Assembly: GCF_024521635.1 (NCBI RefSeq)
Contig: NW_026250416.1
Span: forward strand, 496,001 to 560,000
Direction: 5' to 3'
DNA length: 64,000 nucleotides
Origin: Tricharina praecox
Taxonomy: Eukaryota
This document shows, one piece after another, positions 25,201 through 38,052 of the stretch (position 1 is its first letter; each line of letters begins with the position of its first letter). A program made the position numbers and the translations under genes. The notes beneath the pieces are model-generated. The model was given only the letters and a program-made list of their open reading frames with translations. It made no database searches and was not told where the DNA came from.

Positions 25201-28200
25201 GGCTTGGGCCCAACCCGGAGAGCCAGGACCGGAGGAAAACGGTCAGCATGTATGTACCATGACCACGGCTCCTTTAGCTTTTGTCGGGTCCGCCAGTGGC
25301 CACTCGATTCGTTCGACATGAGGACGTACCTACATAATTACGTAGGTACACGCTGTCGGTAAAGCCCTATGGGGATCGCCGACCGACCGACTCCCGCGGT
25401 GAACATGGTCCACCATCTCAGTTGATCGCATGAGCAGGATCACTGACGTGCGTGGAGTCACATCTTACATACACAGGGCAGGCCCGCGGCAGGAGCGCAT
25501 TCCATCCGTCGCTGCCGCCGCGGACCGTTCATTGCTTCGATGCCACATCATATGTCCATTTCCTCTCTCTGATCGGTGGTACCTAGTATAGTCCCGTCAG
25601 CGACTCCGTTCCCGTTCCAGGCTGGACACCCACCCCGTTTCATCGGTATATGAGCGAGTCCTTCACAGCCCAGCCCAGCCCACTCAAGCTTCTAGAAGCA
25701 CGCACGCACGCAACCGAAATGTGGGAGCCGGATGGGTTCGGTTTCCAACAATCGCGCGTATGTATCATCCTTATGTATTACGAATTGTCGTCGCTCCAGC
25801 CCGATCGAAGCACAGGGGTTTTGTGCCATAGGTATGTAAATCATGCTATATACACAGTACGGCAGTCCACGCCCTCCGTCGTTTGTTGGATATCTACTAG
25901 TAGCCGTCCGGGTGATACGCAGTTACCGTGCGTGCTGTATCTACCACATACCTAGTAGCGCCCGTTTCGTGTCCCATCGCATCACATCCAGCTGGGAGTA
26001 AAACGTATGTACCCACCCGCCCGCCCTGCGCATGGTTAGAGTGGGTAGTTACGCCTTAGGTAGTTAGCAATGGTAAATGCCGTGGACGGTATGTAGGAGT
26101 CCCCCCCCCCACAAACCAGAAGTTCAAACCAAACGAAGGACAGTGGTTGGTGACTTGGAACGGCAGTAATCATCTAGTGGTCCGAGCGTCGTGTCGCGAA
26201 AAGCCACACCCGCTTGCCGAGCCTTTTTACCGGTTGAGTTGGGTTTCATCAAACGTCATCCATCCTTCAACATCACCCCATCTTTCGGCTTCGTCTTCGT
26301 CTTCTTCTTGACCACGACAACGACAACGACGTAGACTAGGTAGGCCCAGTCGCCACCGCGTCCTCCGAGTTTGACCGCCCCATCTGATCTGATCCCACTC
26401 GACCTCACTTCGGGTTGTCTATTTGCCGCGCATTGGTTGCCCCCGTCGACCGACGTCGACGTTCGGCCACCCGCCATCTGCCGTTCTTCATATTTCATAT
26501 GTTTGTAACGCAGAAAATGTATGTACTTACTTATATGTATGTAGGCACCGTCCGTAACTACTCCTTGCAGAAATCAGCCCATGAAAGTTGAAACGAGGAG
26601 GGGGGGAGGAGTCGGGACATCCCATCGTCAAGCCCTACCTAGCCCCTAACCATCCCTTAGCCCTTTGGACGGACGGGTGGGTGGATGGATGGATGGGAGA
26701 GGCAGAACCCATCTGGAGTAAATTGCTGACAGCTGGTTTCCCGGCGTGACATGTATGTTACTTGCCCAATGCCCCAATGCCCAGTTCCATGGTTGACTTG
26801 GATATTGCACTGCACACCACGGTACATATATAATATCATCATATGGACGGAAAGGAAAGGAATCGACACACACACACACACACAAAAAGATGAAGATAAA
26901 AAAAAACTGCCGGTGCCGGGCCGAGGGGTTTCTTGTCTGTCTGTCTACTGTACAATACTTCCCTATAGGCTATGAGTCCGCGCACCTAGGTACTCTACAT
27001 ACTCTACTCTACTCCTTCCAAGTTCCTTCCATCCATCCATCCTTCCTTCCCAACCCATCCTCCACCGCAGGTCCGCAGGCCGCAGGCTGCACTGTGCAGC
27101 GGTCCCAACACCGCGCCACAGGCGCCCGACGCCCGACATCCGATACCCGGCGCCTGGTACCTACATACCGGTATTTACATATATGAGCCATACATGAGCC
27201 ATACATGAGCCATCCCTCAGCGTTCCATTCTTAATGATCTCCATGCCAGAATAGATGAACTTTCCCCTCCCCCCCCCACTATATATAATATGTCCAAAGT
27301 AAACTCTCCGAGAAAAAAGGAGGGGGCTCCACTACGACCATGCTGTCAAAGTATGTATGTACTATATAGTGCGCCGTGCGGTAGTGCGGTAATGGCCACT
27401 GTCACTGTCACTATCACTGTGTCACTTGTGTGTACTGCGCGCGGAACTGCGAGGACGTACATACAAAGTAAATGCGTGCGTAAATTCAGTATACCCCCAT
27501 TCCCATTCCATCCCCATCCCCCCTAAGCCCAACCCCAACTCCATCGATAGTTACCGTACCTATAGATATGTGTGTGTGGGGGGAAGGGAGGGTAGGGGGT
27601 AAATGTAGGCGTTCGTTCGTTCGTTCGACGGATGTGCTCTATCCCAAATTCCCAATTGTTCGAATTTCGAACTTCGAACTTCGAACGCAGTGCAGTGCTC
27701 TTACTTGCTTTGCTCGCTGTAAGGTGTATCGTATACTAGATAGTAGAGTAGTTAATTTGAAGTTGCCTCTACATGCTTATGTACATATGCCCATACACAA
27801 ATATGTACTTTCCCTCCCGAATCCCGCCTCGCAGCCTGGCCACGAGGTAAATCGTAATCATGAAAATCAAAATCAAAATCAAAATCAAGGAACAAGAATC
27901 CAAAAAAAAAAAACTTCAAGATCACCACGCCGAAATCCCATGATGCATCCCCACAGAGTCGCTGTAATAGAGTCATTGAATGCTTCTGGAGTCTAGATGT
28001 AAGAGAAGAAGAGAACCCAAAGTAAAGTAGATTGTCGATAATCGATTGTCGATTGTATGTAGAGTAGGTATTATTATTGAGAGGTACGTATCATATCAGA
28101 GGCTATCTGACCGCCAACGGCCGCCTTGAGTTGATTGCCGGTAGGTATCATATGTCGATCAGCCTGCCACTGGCCTACTGCAATGGACACCGGTGGATCA

Positions 28201-31200
28201 ATCATGATAGCCTACTACTATACCACCCGTCACCTAACGACGATCCGAACGAAATCATAGGTGAGATCCAAGCTCCAACCATCCAGCTATCTAACCATTT
28301 GGCAGCCTTCAAAGTTCAAAGTTCAACCCTCCTCCCTCCATCCCTAGTAGTCCTCACCTACCGGCGGAGGTGACGGAGCGGAAAAGCAGGAGGACAAGCC
28401 GGCCGGCGACCGCCGCATCCATTCGCGACCGTCGCTCGAGTAGGTACATCATCGACTCTTAACCTCGGAATAGGTAATCAGTGATTCAGTGTTGGATTTG
28501 CCGCGTGCGGCCTGCGGTCTGGCCTGGCCTTCAAGCTTCAATCAACGCACCTGGATCTATCGGAATCTAACTAGAGTCTATAAGTACCGGTATGTACCTA
28601 TCCCCACAGCCACAGCCACAAGTGGCCGTTGTATAGTAAGTTAGTAACGGCTAGGTAGTTAGTTAGGGCAGCCGGGTCGTCTCGTCTAGGGGTGGCTGGC
28701 TGGCTCTCTGGCTGTTATGGCTGTCATACATAGCTGGCGCTGGGCTGGATAGCTGTCTAGTTGGGCTGGATATCCGATAGCTGTCATGCCATGCGGGTCA
28801 TACGAGACGCCAGATCCGCTCATCTTATTTGCGTAAGTACATATGTACAATACATACATTATATGTAAGTAAGTACCCAAACGTCCCGAAGAAAGCCCAT
28901 GGGGACATTTGGGGAGAGAGAAGGGGGCGCGAGAGCGAAAAGTGGGGACGTAGGCAAATAGTGCCGGGGGAGGGAGGAGAAAAAGACTTTGTGGAGACGG
29001 CCGCCAGGCACGCAGGTAGGCAGGCAGGCAGGCTTACATTATGTACATACATACATGCGTAGAAGCCCTTGATGTTACCTAACTGCAATCGAGTCAATCT
29101 CCGAGGATGTATGCAGCTCTCCTGACCTGTGCATTGTCCGTGTGTGCGCCGACTGTGTGTGTGAGAGAGTGTGTGTGGTGGATAAGTGAGCAGTGTGTGA
29201 GTGAGTAGTATGTGTGTGTGTGCAACAACCAGCTCAGAGTTTCCACTTCCCATGGGCCATCTGCAATAGGTGCTGAAAAAGACCTCATACATAAAACACC
29301 CTATTTCCCAGCAATTCTGCAGCAGACTGCAGTTGACGACGGAATCTCCAGAAAAAATAGGGAGTATGAAGATAATGTATGTGCGCTGGCCGCAAAATTA
29401 AAAATAAAAATACCCGGTGGTTAATCTGTTTTTTTAGCTGGAAGAAAGTAAAAAAAAAAAAAAAAAAAGAAAGAAGCAAGAGAGAAAAAAAAAGGACCAA
29501 GATGGATATGCGGCAGGTGATTGCTTCCAAATCCTCCCCGTCCTCGTCCACCACGGCCACCAATTTCGTCCTGCTCCCGGAGGCGCTGGCGAGAGTGATC
29601 GTTCCGGTGTTGTCTGTCTAGAATATTCTTCTCATCGCGTTGAATAAAGCCGCCACCGGAACGTCATCGGTGGTTCGGCATCTCGTTAGCGTTTAAGATT
29701 GACCTATATTGAACCGTGCAGATCGTTCATCCATCCATCCATCATCGCTGGGGCAGCTGAAACCGCTCTTGGGTGTTTGCTCGCACTTTCCCTTCTCATC
29801 CAGTAAGGATGATGGAGGGGGTAAACTGGGGTGAAAAGGAAGCGACCGTAAGATGGCAGGCAAGCAAGCAGCTATCGCTACTGTATGTATGTATGTATGT
29901 ATGTAGGTACTACATCTTCTGGGTAAGCTGACTATCTTCTGGTCAGCAGGAATGGCTTCGGCAGAAGCCGTGTGTGGGAAAGGAAAGATCTTACGGTTGC
30001 AGTAAGATGTTTCCGCGAGTGGCAGTCCCGTCTCTTGGGAAGCCAGTGAGTACCTGTGTACATAGTCGGACGACTATCAAGGTTATCGTCCATGTGGGTA
30101 GGCAGGTAGGTAGGTCAGTAGGTACTAGGATTGGCAGGCGCGGTGATCGGCATTTTCCATTTCATGCAAAGCATTCTTCCCCGCCACCAGTTAATCTGAG
30201 GATTCCAAGTTGTCCTGAACATAGAGTGTGTATCTATGCCGCCCCAGCAAGAGCTCCCATCCATCGGAACATCGATGGACGGCTAGATAGATATGTGACG
30301 GGTAAGAATTATCCAATGTCCCATTTCAAGAGTGGGGGCAGAGCGCCGAACCGTCGGATCCAACGTTAGTTGCTACCTAGTAGTTAACGGCCAACCGTCG
30401 ACACCATGTGAGTGAATTCGCCGTTCGTTTTGTTTTTTTTCCCGGACAGGGAGAATGCGAAGTGAAAGGACCTAACTGGGTGTGTATAGGTTTCCGGATC
30501 GAGAGGTCGGCAAACTTAGAGTTGCATCGATGTCGCGCAGCAGCGCTGCTGCAAGGAATACTTTGAATGTATGTACTTAGTATCTGGGCACATTCTTCCT
30601 TCTTCATCAGGGTCCACTTGGAGCCAGCCAATCCCTAGGGTTCGTGCGGACGACAGAATTATTCTCAGGAGTTGGAACTTGGCCCGAGTAGGGGGCGGGG
30701 GGTCCCCATGATTCACAATAATCGACCGTCCGAAGGAAGAGTGCTCTTTCGCGCTTATGATGTATGTACGGTATGTACTTGACGCGTACATGCTCAAGGT
30801 ACCGTATGTAATAGGTTCAGCAATATATATAGTATGTATGCCGGTGACATCGCCGAGGCTTCTCTTCTCTTCTCTTCAGAGTTTCTTCTCTAGGGTGTTG
30901 ATTTTCGAGCGTGCACCTTGACCGAAGACTTTCGCGCGTTTCCTTCTTTCTTTCCATCCGTCACTGGCGGGGGCCGCGGGGGCCGCGGGGGTGGACCCTG
31001 TTGATAGTTGGTCAAGGGAATCAACCGAGCAGAGTCCCGCCCAACCTGTCTCCAGCAACACGTTCGTTCTCCTATGAGGTAGGTATAGAAGAAGAACTAC
31101 CGGAAGATGATGTTGCTGGCGGTTGGTTGTAGCTGGGCCGTCATGCTTACGGTAGATACGACGAGGATGACGATGATGATGTCTAGCTGCGGGACTGCCG

Positions 31201-31230
31201 TCGGAGAAGAACTATGGCTCCGTCGTGGGT

Positions 31231-31266
<36 letters not shown>
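31231..31266. repeat. G36 homopolymer
   Basis: Read directly from the sequence. Confidence 0.95.
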
Positions 31267-31267
<1 letters not shown>

Positions 31268-33189
31268 GGAGGGGGGTATGAAGGTGCATGTGGCGCGAAT
31301 AATATATTCCCCGACTTTCCCGAGGGCCAGATCGGCCAAGGTTCCCGACGGAGCTCGTGTGGCTGATTTGTCCAGGTAATATCCTGTTCCCTGTCAGCAA
31401 AAGCGAGGGGAGAGGATGCAGAGCTGTATGTAGACATCTCTACCACCGACAAAGTTCCAAGGAGGCAGGTTTTGGGGGGGCGGAGGGATTTCTGGAAGTA
31501 TCGGAATTAGAACAGGGAGAGTGCTAGAAATAGGTAGTGAGCCCTTGGAGTCTGGACCGAGTTGGACATGCTGCTGTGTCACAGCGTGTCTCTCCTGTTT
31601 GTATTGCAGTTCGTCACACTGAGGATGTCTCTCCGGCTAGTAGGCCTTCCACCGATCTCGATCGTGCGTATTTGGAGGTGGGTAGAGTACCAAGAGGTTA
31701 GCGAGCGGAGGTGCGCGACGAGCATGAGCATGAGCATGAGCACGATGAGGACGTCTTTCCGCGGAAACGAGCCCGACTGTCCCAAGTTTATGTAGTGTAG
31801 TGCAGGTAGAGTGCGTATGTCCCGTCTACATACGCGCAGACCAGACGGGCCCACCGAACGTATCATACGTACAGCCACACACACACAGCGGCAATAATCA
31901 TAATGTAATGTGCAGTGCTGCCGCTGTTGCAGCGATGGGATTGGCCGTGGTTCGGAGATCTCCTGACGACTGGAAATCCATTCGTCACCCCATTGGAGGG
32001 ATCAGCCGCGCCCCAGGTAAGAAGAGCTCACATAACCCCTCCATGAGTCCATGGTTGCTTTTTCCATCCCCACAGTCTGGTACCGCACACAGAAAGTGTC
32101 CAGTCGGACCGGTCCCTTATCCCAGCGGATCCCTGACGTTCGGCATCGTCCCCCCCCTTCCCCCCCCGACTCCGCGAGGCCACCAAAGTCGTAAAGCAGA
32201 TAGATAGATGGCTGGGTGTGCGCAACACTAGAGCAGGAGAAATCCCACGCACAATCGCCGTTAGCGACGAATAAAAAAAACCCCCTTCCATCTGGGGTAT
32301 CGTGGAATAAAAATATAAAAATATGCACCCTTGGGGATGAAACGTCTGTTGCTTAGGGCAACTCACGCAGTGCTAGAGCAGAGTACGTTACTCTGGTGCG
32401 CAATAGGTACTCGTATGTACGGTACTGTAGAGCACTGGGTGTATTATGGTATCTTGCCCCTGCGCGAGACGACGCACTGCGCCCACAGCACAGCACTGCA
32501 CTGCACAGTGCACGCAGTGACAGAGTCCATCCAAGTGGCAGTGGGTAAATCATCACCCTTTCCGTAGCCCTGGTAACGGAGATGGAGCATCTGCAGCCAC
32601 CTTTCACCGAGCAGCGCAAGATGCTTCTGGTGCTGCATGAGGAATTCCCGGACGCGGGGCCCACCGCCAGCAGCAGCAGCACCACCACCACCAGCATCAG
32701 CAGCAGCAGCAGCAGCAGCAGCAGTGACCACTAGCAGCAAGCACCCACGACCCTTCCCAAACACTCAGCGTTCCCAGCTAAAGCATGCGGGTTACCTTAC
32801 GGTTCGAAGTGTTCGCCGCCATGCAGGTATCAGGCTCCATTGGCTCACTGCAATGCACAGCGCAGGGACCAGGTATCAATATCTTCTGCTTGCCTTCCTC
32901 TTCGTTCGTTCACGGTTTTCGTTGGGGCCCGGTACCAGGAAGCAAGCAGGCAAGCAGCGAGATCGCGTAGAAGGCCAAACCCAGCGGTCGGGTCCACGTC
33001 GTCAGCAGCACATGCTTACCTAGAGTAGTTCATCACACACACTCTCACACACACTCACACACAACTCACCCACACACGCACACACACACACACTCACACC
33101 CGCCCACCCATTGGAACCCAAGGGAAGGGGAAAAAGAGAAAGAAGGAAATAAAATCCGGAGGGTACATGGGGTGTGTATAAAGGCCGGT

Positions 33190-33293
33190 GCAGCGTTGCA
33201 GCGTGCGGAGAAGTACGTGTGGAGAAGTATGTGAGGAGTTGCAGTGTTGCAGTGTGCGGAGAAAGTATGTGCGGAGAAGTATGTGAGGAGTTG
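33190..33293. repeat. About 52-bp tandem duplication built from GGAGAAGTATGTG sub-units
   Basis: gcagcgttgcagcgtgcggagaagtacgtgtggagaagtatgtgaggagtt followed by gcagtgttgcagtgtgcggagaaagtatgtgcggagaagtatgtgaggagtt. Confidence 0.8.
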
Positions 33294-36200
33294 GGTTGAG
33301 TCGTCTAGTCGAGCATGATGATGATGGTGGTGGTGGTGGTGGTGGTGGTGGTGATGGTGGTAGTGGTGGTGGCAGGTTGAGTGATCAGAGGATGTCGAGG
33401 ATGTCGAGGATGTCGAGGATAGCGAGGATGGTGAGGGAGGGGGGGGCCGCACGCCAGCGGCTAGAGGGAGAAAGCTTCCAGTGTGTTCCGGTACATACTC
33501 TCCATACACCTCAAGCCTCATTATATCTGCCGGTGACTCCTCCTCCTTCTCCTCCTCCTCCCCACATCGTCTTGTGCGACAAGGCAATGAGGTAGTAGTT
33601 ACCGCAGCAAGACATCCTTAGGCAATCGCCCGTGCGGATGGAGGGAATGGGATGTTGCGCGCGCTCCATTCAACCCTCCTTGCAAGCAAGGTATGTAGAG
33701 TAGATGGGGCGGTAGAAAAGAAAGAAAGAAGATGATGGCTTTCTGATCTGGTTCGAACACCCCCGACACTGTTCACATCTGCCGGCGACGGCGACGTCTG
33801 CGGTAGCCAGTTATGCGTTGGCATTTTGTCTCCTGCTTTGGCTGCAGCGCTGGGTTGTCTCTGGGATGATGGTCGGGATTTTATTTGTTCATCTGTCTAC
33901 TATTCATTTATTCATTTCCTCATTCAATTATTTCCTTCTTTTCCTTTATTTCTTTCTTTTCCCATTTCTTTCATTTCTTCCCTTTATTCCTCTTCTTTCA
34001 TTTCTTTGTTTATTCGTTTATTGGATTCATCAAGTTATTCCATCCAGGAGCTGCGTTTGCAGTCGGGGTACCTTGCAACGGATACTCTGCTGTGCAGCGC
34101 CGGCTTGTCTTTTCTCTCCATCCCAAAGGAATTTACCGGAAAACATGCGATTCGATTAACCAAGTGCTTAGCTGCGGACTTGCACCAACTACCAGAGTAG
34201 TTAGCGGAGTAGGGTGAAGAGGACTTACCTGCCTAGAGCAAAGCGTGGAGTAGGTAGAGTGGAAAGGACTTACCTACCTGGAGCAAGGCGTCCTATCTAG
34301 CACCTCAGGAGTGGTTTAGGTATGATATGTAGTCGTTGATGTCGAGCATGAGAAGTCTACTCGGCTACCGACCAAGTACCGAACCACCATCAGAGCACGT
34401 ACGGTAGGTCATGTAGTTACCGATCACAGGTCGATGGCTCTTCCGTCATTGCTTCTTTTTTTTTCTTCGCACCGTCGCCGGCAGCTCTCGATCCGAACCC
34501 ACTGTAACTACGGACTAACTAGCGAGTTAGCAGTAGATACATACCATGCCCCCTCCCTCGCCATCCCATACGGGTACAGACCGCACACACTTGGGAGCGG
34601 GAGTGGCAGCGTGGATCGAGGCGACTATTATAGTATTATGTAGTTACCACGGCAAGTATGTACCAAGATGTAGTCGGACTCGGAGCCGTTGGGGGCGGGG
34701 GAGGGGGCGGGTTCGGAGGGCAAGAGAGCGCGCGCGGGGAAGGATGCCGGCAGGGTATGCTGTTAGTTAGCATATGTAAAGAAGTAACGACTTATGTATG
34801 CATGTAACGGACGAAGGCCGGTCGGACGTCGGATCCGATACGCATACGGGCGCGCGCGGCAACACATCGCTGTAGCAGGTACATGCCATGAACAGTGCGG
34901 GGGCTACGTACCTTCGCCGACAGTTAGTACCTGGCGACATCGATGGGCGAATGGGGTGGAGGGGGAGTGCTCAGTGGTCGTGGGTGAGGTGGTGGTGGTG
35001 GTATGTAGTAGTGGTGGAGGTGGTGGAGGTGGTGGAGGTGGTGGTAGTAATCATGGTGGTGGTAATAGTAATCGTCGTGGTGGTGGTGGTGGTGGTGGTG
35101 GGATGGGATGGACGAGTCGAGTCAAGCGGTGGGTGGTTTGTGGTTATGGGATGGGGGCCGGCTGGCTCCTCTCGTTTACACGGCTCCCAGCACTTTGGTT
35201 TGGATCCTGCCTCAATCAATTCAGCGCATTCAATTCGCTCGCCGTCCCAATGGTTTCTCCACAACCACCACCGAGCATTCCAGGGTCCGTTCCTCCCTGC
35301 CATGGCCACAGCCAGCACGGCCATCATGGCTCCAATGTCCCTCCTTCCCGGCCCCATCGTGGCCCCAATGTCCTTCTCGCCCTTCGTCCTCCTTCAACGC
35401 CACCCCTCCACCAAACCTCCGAGCCCACACTCTGCCCGAGCCCACACAACGACTCGCACACACATCATGGCTTCCTTCCCTGTCGTCCCACTGCCCCAAG
35501 ACCTTGTCCTTGCTCTCCGCTCGCAAAACAATCTCGCAAATCCGTATCCCACAATCGATAGGAGGCCAGCGTGGTTAGCAGACTTGACTCTGCCCGACAT
35601 CCATCCTGTCCCCATCCCCCCATCCCATCCTGTCCTATACTACTACCGTGCCACTCCTCCTCCTCGCCCTCTGCTTCTTCGCAACCCCCAAACTACCAAA
35701 ACACCCCCTCCCCCCAAACCACCACCCCAACCCCCAAACCCCAACCCCAAAATCAGCCAAAACTCGAGAACACTCCTCCTCGCCCTTCTTCACCGCTTCC
35801 CTTCCCATCCCATCCCATCCCACCATCTCGCCCCATCCATCGCCTCGAGCCCCCGAACAATAACTTATTTCGACACCCACCAGTCCACCACGGTCCACAA
35901 ATCGCTTGCCATACACTGCAAATACAGTGCGCGTCTGCCTACTGCTCGAACACTGCCCGTTGACATCGTCCAATCAAACGCCCTAAAACGAACAACCCTC
36001 CCCCAAATATTCCCCCTCCCCCCCAGTCCCCCTCCCAATCCTCAAGGGCCATCCCTTCGGATCCACCACCACCCATCCCCTCTCCACCCCCCGCAAGGCT
36101 TTCTGTGTTATACCGACTTACTCACATACCACTTACCATTCACCATTCACCTGTCGCCCTGTCCCTCTCTTCAAACATAAAAAAAAAAACTTCGGATCGT

Positions 36201-36367
36201 CCCTCTCGATCTATCAATTATCCACTCACCTTCCTTCTGCCCTGTACTGCATAACCCAACCTACTGTTGTGCCACCACCCCGAACAGCTTTCTCGGGAAA
36301 GGAGTACCTAGCTTAAAGACTCCCAACGCCTACGTTTATATAACACCCACCCCAACCTCCCCGGTTC

Positions 36368-36409
36368 ATGTCCGTTGCCCAAACAGACTCTCCAGATATC
36401 TTGTCCTGA
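36368..36409 (+). promoter_or_regulatory. Candidate uORF (MSVAQTDSPDILS*) ending 19 nt upstream of the laeA start codon
   Basis: Only ATG between 35470 and the laeA ATG at 36429, and out of frame with laeA. Confidence 0.45.
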
Positions 36410-36428
36410 TCCAACTGCTGTCGTCGCA

Positions 36429-38052
36429 ATGGCATACAACGGGTAAATAGACAACCACTCATTCATTCGGAGCCTCCCTCCAAATGTCTATCGTTCGCAC
36501 GTAACTTACACTCCGTGGATCATTAGCATTGCCAACACTTACGAATTCGAGAATGGCCGACGGTACCATGGCTATCGCGGCGGCGCATACATGTACCCCA
36601 ACGACGAGGTATGACGATGCCGTCCTACACGCTTTTCTCTCTCTCGGGTGATGCAGTACTGAGACTGGTCGTGTTGTTTGTTAGAGGGAGCAAGACAGAC
36701 TCGACATCTTTCACAAAATCTTCCTGGTCGCACGACACGAGGAACTCCACCGGGCGCCCATAACACCCAACAACTATGGGCCAACCAGAATACTGGATCT
36801 CGGTACGGGTACGGGGATTTGGGCGATCGGAATGGCAGAGTAAGAATTCGCTCCTCTTCTTGTTCTTGTTCTTGTTCTTTTTGTTCTTTTTGTTCTTCTT
36901 GGAGAGGGCTCTGGTTGGACGGAGGACGCTCGCTGACTCGAATTTCTCGCTTTAGCACGTACCGCGACGCAGAGGTGCGGCCGACTCCATCGATCTCCGA
37001 GCGCACGAACGATCCCAACTGACGCACGATTTTTTTTTTTTTAGGTTATCGGAACAGACCTCTCTCTCATCCAACCGAAATGGTAAGAACACCACATCGA
37101 TCCGCTCGCGATGCATATGTCTTCGACCTGGGCCGAGCTGTGGGACTGACACGTACCCCTCCCCCTGAATAGGATCCCCCGAAACCTTCGATTCCAAGTT
37201 GCCGACTTCGAAAGCGAATGGACGCTCGGCAAGAGTTCTTTCGATCTCATCCACCTGAGGAATGGCGCCGGCAGTGTGTCGAGTTGGCCGACTCTGTTTT
37301 CTCGAGTATTTCAGTAAGCGACCCTCATCCAACTGGTGGCGCCATATACAGCCCTTCCTGGGGAGGGGAGGGGAGGAGAAGGGAGGGGGAGTGGGGGGAG
37401 GGGGGGAGGGTGAGGGGTTGGAGTTCGCCACGATGACGCTTCTGTCGGTCGGCCGTCAATCATCAGAGCGATAGGCTAACTTTCTCTCCCTCCATCAGAC
37501 ACCTGAAGCCTGGATATGGTTGGTTCGAATATGTCGACATCGATATGGAGGCACGGTCGGACGATGGGACTTTGACGCGCCACCACGCGTTATCCCGGTG
37601 GCAGCAGTACGTGATGGACGCCACGGCTGCGGCCGGAAAGCCAATGGCATACGAGCACCGAACAGGGCAGCTGCTGCGCGATGCTGGATTCACCGACATT
37701 CAAGAAGTTGTCTACCAGCTGCCCTTAAGTCCATGGCCCGCAGAGACCCACCTCAAAGACTGCGGACGGTGGTACAACCTGGGCATGAGCGAGGGGCTCG
37801 AGGCTTTCTCATTGGGCCCATTATGCAGAGTCTTGAAATGGCCCCAGGACGAAGTCAGGAACTTCCTCAAAGATGTGCAGAAGGACATCAATTCGAAGCA
37901 GATCCATGCATACAGCAACATGTATGCCTTCCATTGCTTTGACTTGTTTTTGTCTCGAAATCTAGTAGCTGACGTTCAATGATAGACACATCTGGATTGC
38001 CCGAAGACCAGCCTCAATGTCCCCTCCTCCTCCGCCACCACCACATCACTAA
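36429..38052 (+). CDS. laeA: LaeA/Lae1 SAM-dependent methyltransferase (velvet-complex regulator of secondary metabolism and development), 312 aa, 8 exons
   Basis: Exons 36429-36442, 36527-36608, 36685-36839, 36956-36974, 37045-37082, 37173-37313, 37499-37921 and 37986-38052. All introns are GT-AG and the exons total 939 nt in frame. Motifs [25 protein letters not shown]-binding [41 protein letters not shown] and IHAY match LaeA. The short first exon is the least certain part. Confidence 0.9.
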
